A DNA stretch of 64,000 bases from Candidatus Poribacteria bacterium. GTDB taxonomy: Bacteria > Poribacteria > WGA-4E > GCA-2687025. The stretch covers positions 3,456,001 through 3,520,000 of the forward strand of contig OY762492.1 of the NCBI GenBank assembly GCA_963665845.2, written 5' to 3'. Both the position numbers and the translations under genes were made by a program. Shown one piece after another: positions 10,585 through 18,499 of the stretch (its first letter is position 1; each line of letters begins with the position of its first letter). A model generated the notes under the pieces. It was not told the DNA's origin. It made no database searches and saw nothing but the letters and a program-made list of their open reading frames with translations.

Positions 10585-10675
10585 TCATTCCCGCGCGTCC
10601 CTTCCCGTCCCGTCATTCCTGCGCAAGCGAGAATCCAGAATCTACCTCATAAGATTCCCGCCCCGCGCGGAATGT
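10585..10675. repeat. REP-like palindromes between convergent genes
   Basis: gtcattcctgcgcaagcgagaatcc and attcccgccccgcgcggaat. Confidence 0.7.
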
Positions 10676-11475
10676 CGGATCAGGGTCTCGATGAGCGCAA
10701 AGTTGCCCTGTATGAAAAGCGCATGCGCCTCTTCCAGACGCATGTATGCGATGCGCGCCTCCAGCGGTCCCGTCCGCGTGGAGAAGCCGGCGCGCGGCTC
10801 CCCGTCGCCGTATCCGACGCGCAGCTGAAGACGCCTCGCCAGGTTCCATTCCGCGCCGAAACGCCCGCCGCCGTCCCATTCAACCAACAAAAGAAAACGC
10901 CCCAGACGCAGCGACGACCCGACCGCGTAACGCTCAAACCCGCCGCCGCGCTCCGTTTGACTCCACCGCGCGCCGACCGTCCACCGCTCCGACGGCAGCA
11001 GCAAAGCCCCGACATCCAGCGCAGGCGCATGACCCAGAAACTGAAACCGGTTCGACGGATGCTTTCGCCAAAACTTTCCGCTGACGCCCGCCGACGCATG
11101 GCGCCCGATTCGCCGCGCCGCGCTCAAGTAGGTATGGTCGAAGACGCCGTCCGTTTGCCCGATGCGGTTGCCCCATGCGAGACCCCACCCGCGCCAGCGG
11201 TAGGAGGCGCCTTTCGGGTCGAAGGAGATGTCGGCGCGTCCTGTCAGGTTCGTTTGTCCAAAAAAGACGGCGCCCTGCCCAAAGCCGAGATGGGCGGGGT
11301 TGTGAAAAAAGCCGACGCCCCCGTCCAGAAGCGCCGCCCCTGCGCCTCCCATCGCGGCGGCGCGCGCGTCCACAGGACCCGGCAACGGCAGCCGTATCTC
11401 CGCATCCTCCGCCGAAGCGGACGCCGTTATGCAAGCCAAGAGCGGGACGCATAGCAGGCGGGGCAGGTTCAGCAT
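10642..11475 (-). CDS. PorV/PorQ-like outer-membrane beta-barrel protein
   Basis: signal peptide, DARAAAMGGAG..FFHNPAHL motif, alternating beta strands, ALDVGAL, LRVGY. Confidence 0.6.
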   Translation of the reverse strand: MLNLPRLLCVPLLACITASASAEDAEIRLPLPGPVDARAAAMGGAGAALLDGGVGFFHNPAHLGFGQGAVFFGQTNLTGRADISFDPKGASYRWRGWGLAWGNRIGQTDGVFDHTYLSAARRIGRHASAGVSGKFWRKHPSNRFQFLGHAPALDVGALLLPSERWTVGARWSQTERGGGFERYAVGSSLRLGRFLLLVEWDGGGRFGAEWNLARRLQLRVGYGDGEPRAGFSTRTGPLEARIAYMRLEEAHALFIQGNFALIETLIRHSARGGNLMR

Positions 11476-12524
11476 GCGGCGCCGCCTGTTTGGAGAAGCC
11501 GCCGGACGCCTTCCGCGGCCGTTTCGGCGTCTCTCAAGGGGGTCGTCTGCGCGGGGGGAGTCCAGTCCGCCAGCGCGTCAATGGAAACGCGCCCCATGCC
11601 TGTCTTCTCGGCGATGGCGGCGTAGGTCGGCGCGTAACGGTCTCGACGGCGGGGCGGAATGTCCACGACAACCGCCGGACGTCCGCTGGACGCCGCTTCG
11701 CACACCATCGAAAAGGAGTCGACCGTGACGGCTGTCCATGCGCTGCGGGCGAGGACGTTCAGCGCCGCCATCGGTTTCTGCTCAGGGTCGCCGGCGTAGG
11801 CGGCGTAGACGCAGAGTCCGCTTTCGTCTAAGACGCGCCGTATCGCCGCTTCCGCCTCCGGGGGCGTTCGTCTAGATGTGGCGGCGGCGATGCGCATCCC
11901 GTTTTGACGCGCCGATTGGACGACCGCTTGCGCCGTCCGTTCCGCGGCCTGCGCCGTCCATGTATATCGCTTGTCGTTCCCCCCAAAAAGCAGTCCGGCG
12001 CAGAGCGGCGCCTCAATCCGCGCGCTCATTTCGTCGACGATTTCAGGACAGACGCGGTTCGGCGCGCCCAAGGTTCGGAGGACGCGCCCGCTTCCGCGTT
12101 CATGGAACGGCAGCGCCGCGGCGTCAAACGGGCGGACGCCCAGCGGCGATGGACGCATACAGACGACGCTTTTGGCGCCCAAGAGGCGCGACGCAATCAG
12201 GTTCGGCGCCGCAACGGAGGAGCCTGTCGACAGCGCGATGTCGGCATGGGAAACAGACGCCAGCTCCGCATATGAGTCAGGCTGAAGCGCATGCCGCAGC
12301 GCCGCGGCGAGCCGTTTGAACCCGACAACGCGCCGAAGCAGAACGGCGGCGCGCAGCGCGTTGTCATGCCGTTTGGACCGCCAGCGTATGCGGACTCGCG
12401 CGGCTTCAAAGTCGGGAAGGCAGCGCAAAACGCCTTCCGTTTGGCTTTCATGCCCCGGCTTGCCGTCCATCAGGGCGAGGATGACGGGAACTCGGTTTTC
12501 CATCGCCTGTGGGTCCATAACCAT
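11469..12524 (-). CDS. ELM1/GtrOC1-family putative glycosyltransferase
   Basis: DGKPGHESQ, TSRRTP and VTVDSFSMVCEAASSGRP motifs. Confidence 0.85.
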   Translation of the reverse strand: MVMDPQAMENRVPVILALMDGKPGHESQTEGVLRCLPDFEAARVRIRWRSKRHDNALRAAVLLRRVVGFKRLAAALRHALQPDSYAELASVSHADIALSTGSSVAAPNLIASRLLGAKSVVCMRPSPLGVRPFDAAALPFHERGSGRVLRTLGAPNRVCPEIVDEMSARIEAPLCAGLLFGGNDKRYTWTAQAAERTAQAVVQSARQNGMRIAAATSRRTPPEAEAAIRRVLDESGLCVYAAYAGDPEQKPMAALNVLARSAWTAVTVDSFSMVCEAASSGRPAVVVDIPPRRRDRYAPTYAAIAEKTGMGRVSIDALADWTPPAQTTPLRDAETAAEGVRRLLQTGGAAC

Positions 12525-13363
12525 TGCGAAGGGCGCTCTCGGATCAGCTGTTCGAGCCTTGCGTAAATGTTTTGGAGCGTCTCGCGGTCGGAGCCGCCCT
12601 GCGGTATCGGTTCAATGAAGACGGCGTGTTTTCCGCCGCCGTTTCTAAACGGGGCGCATAGCAGAAGCGGGCATCCGAGTTTGCGCGACAGCGCCGCCGG
12701 GCTGCGCTCCGCCGAGGCGTACCGTCCAAAAAAGAGCGTCGGGGTCCCGTTTGGACCGGCGTCCTGATCGGCGAGAAAGCCGACAGCGCGCCCCTCCCTC
12801 AGACCGCGAACCACTTTTTTGAGCGCGCCTTCTCTCGGCGTCAGCTCAAGCCCGGCGCTGGACCGGCAGCGGGCGGCGAGCGCCTCCAGCGACCGATGCG
12901 GCAGCGGCTGCGCAATCGCCATCGGCTTCGGCAAAAACTGCGGGCTAAGCGGCGCGAGTATCTCCCAGTTGCCCGTGTGCGGTATGAAGAGAACGACGCC
13001 GCGCCCTTTTTCCGCCGCTTTTTCCGCCTCCGTCCGTCCCACAATCTGAACGCGCCTCTGAAAACGCCGCTCCCATTGCGGAAAGAGCAGCAGCTCCACG
13101 ATGTTTTGACCCAGATGCCGAAAATGATCGCGGACGATATTTTGACGCTCCGCCGCCGTTTTTTCGGGGAACGCCGCGTCCACGTTTTGCCGCGCGACGC
13201 GCCGCCTTGAACCGAGCGCCGCATGCATCAAACCGCCGATTCGGGCGCCTAAAAAGAGCGCGGCGCCATGCGGCAATCGGCGCGCCGTGAACGCAAGCGC
13301 CAACGCGGCGAACGTCAAAACGGCGTATTGCGCGCGCTTTAGAAACGAACGTTTTTTCAACAT
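12470..13363 (-). CDS. lipid A biosynthesis acyltransferase (LpxL/HtrB family)
   Basis: HTGNWE, LADQD, FFGR and PSQWLWTHRRWK motifs. Confidence 0.92.
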   Translation of the reverse strand: MLKKRSFLKRAQYAVLTFAALALAFTARRLPHGAALFLGARIGGLMHAALGSRRRVARQNVDAAFPEKTAAERQNIVRDHFRHLGQNIVELLLFPQWERRFQRRVQIVGRTEAEKAAEKGRGVVLFIPHTGNWEILAPLSPQFLPKPMAIAQPLPHRSLEALAARCRSSAGLELTPREGALKKVVRGLREGRAVGFLADQDAGPNGTPTLFFGRYASAERSPAALSRKLGCPLLLCAPFRNGGGKHAVFIEPIPQGGSDRETLQNIYARLEQLIRERPSQWLWTHRRWKTEFPSSSP

Positions 13364-13412
13364 CGCTTTATGTTATCATGCATGGCGGCGCGGCGGCAGC
13401 GGCTCCTGTAGG

Positions 13413-13441
13413 TTGACATCCAGGCGGAAAACGGTTAGCCT
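13413..13441 (+). promoter_or_regulatory. sigma70-type promoter, probably giving a leaderless transcript
   Basis: TTGACA-17 bp-TAGCCT ending 7 nt before ATG 13449; no Shine-Dalgarno. Confidence 0.55.
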
Positions 13442-13448
13442 CATTCTA

Positions 13449-14000
13449 ATGAAAAACCGCGCCCAGACCCCAATCTACACGATCGGATACGGCAGCCGCG
13501 CTCTGGATGCGTTCATAGAAACGCTGCGCAAATACGGCGCGCAGTATCTCGTTGATGTGCGTTCGGCGCCGTATTCCCGCTATAAGCCTGAATTTTCCAA
13601 ACAGCCGCTGGAGCAGGCTCTCCGCCGAGAGGGGCTGCATTATATCTATATGGGCGAGGCGCTGGGCGGCAAGCCGAGGGACAGGTCATATTATTATGCG
13701 AACGGCAAGGTGAACGATGATCTCCTGCGAAAGGCGGAGTTTTATCAAAAGGGGATCGCGCGGTTGCTGAAGGCGGCTGAACGGGGGCTGACGATAGCGG
13801 CAATGTGCAGCGAGGAGAAGCCGGAGAGGTGCCACCGCAGCGAGCTGATTGGGGCGTCGCTGAAGGAGAAGGGCGTTGATGTGCGGCATATCGACGAAAA
13901 CGACGCGCTTCTGACGCAAGATCAGGTTGAGGAGCGGTTGAACCCAGGCAGGCAGGGGTTGCTGCCTGGGATAAGCGCGGTTCGGTCGCGCAAGCGGTAA
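13449..14000 (+). CDS. DUF488 family protein
   Basis: IYTIGYG, LVDVRSAPYS, LGG and MCSE..PERCHRS motifs. Confidence 0.9.
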   Translation: MKNRAQTPIYTIGYGSRALDAFIETLRKYGAQYLVDVRSAPYSRYKPEFSKQPLEQALRREGLHYIYMGEALGGKPRDRSYYYANGKVNDDLLRKAEFYQKGIARLLKAAERGLTIAAMCSEEKPERCHRSELIGASLKEKGVDVRHIDENDALLTQDQVEERLNPGRQGLLPGISAVRSRKR

Positions 14001-14009
14001 CGGTAAAGA

Positions 14010-14507
14010 ATGCGTATGAAGCGTCCAAAGATTGTCACCATCGGCGTTTACGGTTTTGACGAGGAAGGTTTTTTTGAGGCGCTACGCTCCGCGGGGGTGG
14101 ATGTTTTCTGCGACATTCGCTTTAGGCGCGGCATGCGCGGCGCAGCCTATGCGTTCGTCAACAGCGTTCGTCTGCGGGAGCGCCTTGACGAAATGAAAAT
14201 CCGTTATCTGCATCGAAAAGACCTTGCGCCGACGCAGGCGGTTCGAGACCGTCAAGCGGAGGAGGACCGCGCCTCTAAAACGGCGAAACGAAAGCGCGTC
14301 CGGCTGGGCGAGGCGTTTATCGAGGCGTACCGCGCTGAATGTCTTGACTCGTTTGATCCGCAAAGTTTACTGGACGATCTTGGGGAAGATGCGCAGGTCG
14401 CGGCGCTGTTTTGCGTTGAGAGGGAACCGAAGGCATGCCACCGTTCCTTGCTGGCGGAGAAGCTGAAGAATGAGCTTGGTCTTGAGGTGAAGCATCTTCT
14501 GCCATGA
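14010..14507 (+). CDS. DUF488 family protein (second, divergent clade)
   Basis: IVTIGVYG, DIR, LAPT and LFCVEREPKACHRSLL motifs. Confidence 0.85.
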   Translation: MRMKRPKIVTIGVYGFDEEGFFEALRSAGVDVFCDIRFRRGMRGAAYAFVNSVRLRERLDEMKIRYLHRKDLAPTQAVRDRQAEEDRASKTAKRKRVRLGEAFIEAYRAECLDSFDPQSLLDDLGEDAQVAALFCVEREPKACHRSLLAEKLKNELGLEVKHLLP

Positions 14508-15151
14508 ATTCCGCCATGATGAACGTCAGGCTGTTGATCGCCGCCAAAACGCGAATGAGGAATGGAGTCTGCCTCGGCGCGTTGACAACAAGGGGGGAGA
14601 ATCTTCGGTTGATTCCGCCAGGCGAAATCTTCTTTCCCTTTGCGGATGCGGAACAGTTTGAGATCGGGCAGGTCTGGGAGATGACGGTTCAGCGTGTGAG
14701 GTCTGTCAAACCGCCGCATACAGAAGATGTTTTTGTTCATCAAAGAGAGCAAGATCGAACTCTGACAATGGAGGAGACGGAAACCGCAATTGAAAAGGTG
14801 GCGGAGATTGCCGCTGGGCGTTTCAGCGCGCTTTATGACAGGTTGTTGCGACGGACATCTGCGGGATCGCTTTACATATCGAGAGCGGGCGGCGTTCCGA
14901 ATTACAGCGTTGGGTTTTGGCGTCCAGACAAGCCGCTGACGCGCTTTCCGACAGGCAACGGGCAGCGTTACCGTTATCCGACATCAATGGGGCCATTGAG
15001 TTTTAAGTTTGTCGGGTTTCAAGAGCCTATCGAGACGATTCCTGCGGATACGCTGGTTCGCGTTTCGTTGGCGCGCTGGTGGAAACCTGATGATCTGGAC
15101 GTGGAGTTGCGCTGTTACGCGCAAATCTCTGGATGGTACAAAAAACCTTAG
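14504..15151 (+). CDS. probable dual OB-fold domain protein
   Basis: LLIAAKT..GVCLGAL..LRL, PPHTED, VRVSLARWW..CYAQISG; coupled to DUF488 genes. Confidence 0.6.
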   Translation: MNSAMMNVRLLIAAKTRMRNGVCLGALTTRGENLRLIPPGEIFFPFADAEQFEIGQVWEMTVQRVRSVKPPHTEDVFVHQREQDRTLTMEETETAIEKVAEIAAGRFSALYDRLLRRTSAGSLYISRAGGVPNYSVGFWRPDKPLTRFPTGNGQRYRYPTSMGPLSFKFVGFQEPIETIPADTLVRVSLARWWKPDDLDVELRCYAQISGWYKKP

Positions 15152-15615
15152 CAAGCTGATTGGGCGCTACTGACGAAGGCGGGCGTGGAGACGCTCTTAA
15201 GCGGTTCCGTTTCCCCCCGATGATGCGCGTTCAACGCTTCGTCCGCCATATTGCTTAGGAGCGTTTCGGATTCAGGCAGTCGGAACGCCGCGTCCCATTT
15301 TGCGTCGTCCTCCTCGTCTTCCTTTTTGATGCGCGCAAATTCAGCCCCGTATTTTCGGTGGTTCATCAGCTCAGGTTGAAGCGAAACGGCGGCGCTAAAA
15401 TCCTCTTCGTAATTGTCCATATCGCCGATTTCTTTGTAGGCTAGTCCGCGGCATATAAACGCAGGGGCGCAGTATCTGTCTTGCTCAATTAGGCTTTTGA
15501 AGCATGCGATCGCGTCCGACCATCGATTTGCCCGCATATATGCGCACCCTAAAAGAGAAAGAGTCCTTGTTTCCATACTCTGGAGTTCCTTGCGGTCGTC
15601 AACGAAAAACTGCAT
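15148..15615 (-). CDS. short TPR protein with antitoxin-like C-terminal tail
   Basis: two TPR units (LLGCAY..AIACF; AFICRGLAY..DF..A) then DDAKWDAAF..MADEALNAHHRGETEPL. Confidence 0.65.
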   Translation of the reverse strand: MQFFVDDRKELQSMETRTLSLLGCAYMRANRWSDAIACFKSLIEQDRYCAPAFICRGLAYKEIGDMDNYEEDFSAAVSLQPELMNHRKYGAEFARIKKEDEEDDAKWDAAFRLPESETLLSNMADEALNAHHRGETEPLKSVSTPAFVSSAQSAC

Positions 15616-15735
15616 TTTTCACTCCGCCTATTCAGCGCGCCGCGGCTGGGATCCCGATAAGGTTTTCATACCTGTCAACATTTCCATACTAGCCTAACAT
15701 TAAAATATTCCCGAAGGCAAGCGGGGCGCCTGACC

Positions 15736-15977
15736 GGCAGTCTCTATAGGCGATGGTCTTGATTTTAGAGAGTCGTTTTGGAATGCGGAGGCTGTCTGGG
15801 AAAACTCTGGATTCCCGCTTACGCGGGAATGACGAATAGCCCAATAACAGCGGTTGGGGCGCGGTTTCTGGACTCCCCCCTTGAAAAGGGGGGCTGGGGG
15901 GTTTTAGTTCCGTGCGCGGAATCACGATTAGCATAACTCAAACGGGATTTTCGTCGTCATCGCCTGTAGAGACTGCC
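15736..15977. mobile_element. MITE with IS1-family ends
   Basis: TIRs ggcagtctctataggcgatg / catcgcctgtagagactgcc; 8-bp direct repeat gcctgacc on both sides; right TIR identical to that of the IS at 51598-52422. Confidence 0.88.
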
Positions 15978-15979
15978 GC

Positions 15980-16202
15980 CTGACCTTACGTCTTAAGTTG
16001 GGACACGGCGGCGGGCGAACGCGGACGTCTTCTGAGGCGCCTCTAGATTCCCGCGCGTTTTACCGCAGGGGCGGGAATGCATGCCCTCGCGGGCATGTCC
16101 TCGTGAAAACGGGGAAGCGGGGGACGCTCTGGTTGGCGAAGCCTTTTCCCATAAATAGAGCGATCGTCAGTTCAAATGTCCCAACTCTCGGCATGAGGTC
16201 AG
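15980..16202 (-). mobile_element. MITE, CTGACC-end family
   Basis: imperfect TIRs ctgaccttacgtcttaagttgggaca / tgtcccaactctcggcatgaggtcag; inverted homolog of 56783-56950. Confidence 0.8.
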
Positions 16203-16279
16203 AGACGAAGAGCGTTGACGAACGCCGCTCCCGGCGTTAACCTTCATGCGTAAGAACGCTTCCTTTTCGAGAGGTAGAT

Positions 16280-18499
16280 ATGCGAAAGATTGCTGTCATT
16301 GCAATCGCGGCTGCGGTCGCGGCGTTTTTCATCTTCCGCGCATTGACGCGCCCGACGGGGCTGTCCGAGTCAGAGATCGCGCGTCAGTCGGCGGTCGGCT
16401 TGTCGACGCGCGACATAGCGCCGACCGATTACCGTTCCATGCCGCATCTTGAACAGGGGGCGAAGGGGGCGGTCGTTTCCGCCGTTCATGCGCATCATAT
16501 CGCGGAGAAGGCGGGTTTCAAAAGCGGCGATCTGATCCTCTCGGTGAACGGCGTTGAGACGAAGTCGGCGGCAGAATATGAGACGGCGCTCCAGCAGGCG
16601 CTGGCGGCGGATCGGCTAGAATACCGCATACAGCGCGCGTCCGGCGTCGAGACGATCCGTTTCTCGCTCGATTACGGCGCCTCGTTCAACTCCATCGGCG
16701 CCGCTCTCATGCGGGACGGGCAGCTGGACGAAGCGGAGGCGGCGTTTCAGCGCGCCTTGGCGATGGAGCCGAATTTCGCCGAAGCGCATTACAACTTAGG
16801 AAACCTGAACCTTAAACGCGGCGATCCGGAGACGGCCGTCTCGATGTTTCAGAAGGCGGTTGAGGCGGATCCGAATATGCGCGAGGCGCGGTATCAACTC
16901 GGCGAGGCGTATGCGCAGCTGGAGCAGTATGAACGCTCCATCGCCGCCTTCAAGCAGCTGATCGCCGTCGCGCCGCCGGAGACCGCGGAGCGGGAGCTGC
17001 GCCCTGCGCATGCGGCGCTCGCGTCGGTGGGCGACGTTCTGCGCCAAATTGAGGCGTCGGGCGAGGTGGAAGCGGGAGCGCATGCGGCGGTGTATCCGAA
17101 GGCGCAGGGCGTTATTATAGAAATGTCAGCGGAGGAGGGCGACCGCGTTCAGAAGGGGGATGTTCTCGCAGTCATTGAGCATGAGGAGCTGAAGATTGCC
17201 GCCGTTCAAGCGAAGGCGTCTTTGGAAGCGGCGTCGGCGGCGTATGTTCAAGCGCAGAAGCTGGCGAAGACGTCGGCGCTGGCGCGGTTGAAGCAGGCGG
17301 AAGCGGGCGCGGCGCTTGCGTGGGCGTCTTTGGCGCAGGTGATGGACATCAGCGAAACGCGCGCCCGCGCCCAGACGGAGCAGGCGCAGGCGGGATTGGA
17401 AGCGCTGCGGGCGAACCTAACGAAACTGAAAACGGGTTTGCGCGAGGAGGAGAAACTGCAGGCGCGGGCGGCGCGAAATCAGGCGCGCTCGGCGTTGACA
17501 AGCGCCGAAAGCGAACAGCAGCGCGTCAAGGCGCTGTTTGAAGGCGGAGCGGTGAGCTTGCAGACGTTTGACTTGTCGACGGCGCAGCTGGACGCGGCGC
17601 GGGCGCAATTTGACGCGGCGGAGCAGGGCTGGGTTCTCGCGCAGAAGGGCGCGCGGGAGGAGGACATCTCCGCGCTGGAGGCGCAGGTTGATCAGGCGGA
17701 AGCGGCGCTTCGGCTGGCGCAGGCGCAGCTGGAGACGCAGACCTGGGAGAAGGACGCCGCGATGGCGCAGGCGCAGGTTGATCAGGCAAACGCCTCGCTC
17801 TTGACCGCGCAGGCAAGCGTGGACGCCGAATCGTGGCGGGCGGAGATTGCGGCGGCGAAGGCGTCTCTGGCGCAGGCGCAGGCGGCGTCCGATTTAGCCG
17901 AAAAAAGAGTCCGCGACGCCTCCGTGCGCGCGCCCATCGGCGGCGTCGTTTCCAAACGCATGCTGGACCTGGGCGGGCGCGCCTCGCCTCAGGAGCCGCT
18001 GTTTGAAATTCATGATCAAGACGCGGTGACGGCGTCTGTGCCGATACTGGAAGCGGACATCGCCTGGGTGAAGCCTGGTTTGAAAGCGCGCGCGTATCTG
18101 TCGGCGCTGGCGGAGCCGGTGGAGGGGGTCGTCGCGTCGGTCAGCCCGTCTGTCGACCCGAAGACGCGGACAGCGGATGTGGAGATCGCGCTGGAGAACC
18201 CAGGCGGAGCGGTGAAGCCAGGGATGTTCGCGCGGGCGGCCATCGATGTTGAAACGCGCGCGGACGCGGCGCTGGTTCCGCGCGACGCGCTGGTGACGGA
18301 GAACAGCCTCTTTGTCGCGCGGAACGGGCGCGCTCATTTGACTCAAGTGGAGGTCGGCTTGACGTCCGGAAACGCGGTGGAGATCTTGTCGGGCGTTCAG
18401 CCTGGAGACGCGGTTCTGTTTATCGGGCAGAGAAGCTTGCGGGACGGCGACTTTATTCAGATTGTGCGCAGCGTGGACGATTGGCGGTCGGAACCATGA
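16280..18499 (+). CDS. RND efflux periplasmic adaptor with N-terminal PDZ and TPR domains
   Basis: AEKAGFKSGDLILSVNG (PDZ), three TPRs, EEGDRVQKGDVL, long coiled coil, VRAPIGGVV, KPGMFA. Confidence 0.88.
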   Translation: MRKIAVIAIAAAVAAFFIFRALTRPTGLSESEIARQSAVGLSTRDIAPTDYRSMPHLEQGAKGAVVSAVHAHHIAEKAGFKSGDLILSVNGVETKSAAEYETALQQALAADRLEYRIQRASGVETIRFSLDYGASFNSIGAALMRDGQLDEAEAAFQRALAMEPNFAEAHYNLGNLNLKRGDPETAVSMFQKAVEADPNMREARYQLGEAYAQLEQYERSIAAFKQLIAVAPPETAERELRPAHAALASVGDVLRQIEASGEVEAGAHAAVYPKAQGVIIEMSAEEGDRVQKGDVLAVIEHEELKIAAVQAKASLEAASAAYVQAQKLAKTSALARLKQAEAGAALAWASLAQVMDISETRARAQTEQAQAGLEALRANLTKLKTGLREEEKLQARAARNQARSALTSAESEQQRVKALFEGGAVSLQTFDLSTAQLDAARAQFDAAEQGWVLAQKGAREEDISALEAQVDQAEAALRLAQAQLETQTWEKDAAMAQAQVDQANASLLTAQASVDAESWRAEIAAAKASLAQAQAASDLAEKRVRDASVRAPIGGVVSKRMLDLGGRASPQEPLFEIHDQDAVTASVPILEADIAWVKPGLKARAYLSALAEPVEGVVASVSPSVDPKTRTADVEIALENPGGAVKPGMFARAAIDVETRADAALVPRDALVTENSLFVARNGRAHLTQVEVGLTSGNAVEILSGVQPGDAVLFIGQRSLRDGDFIQIVRSVDDWRSEP

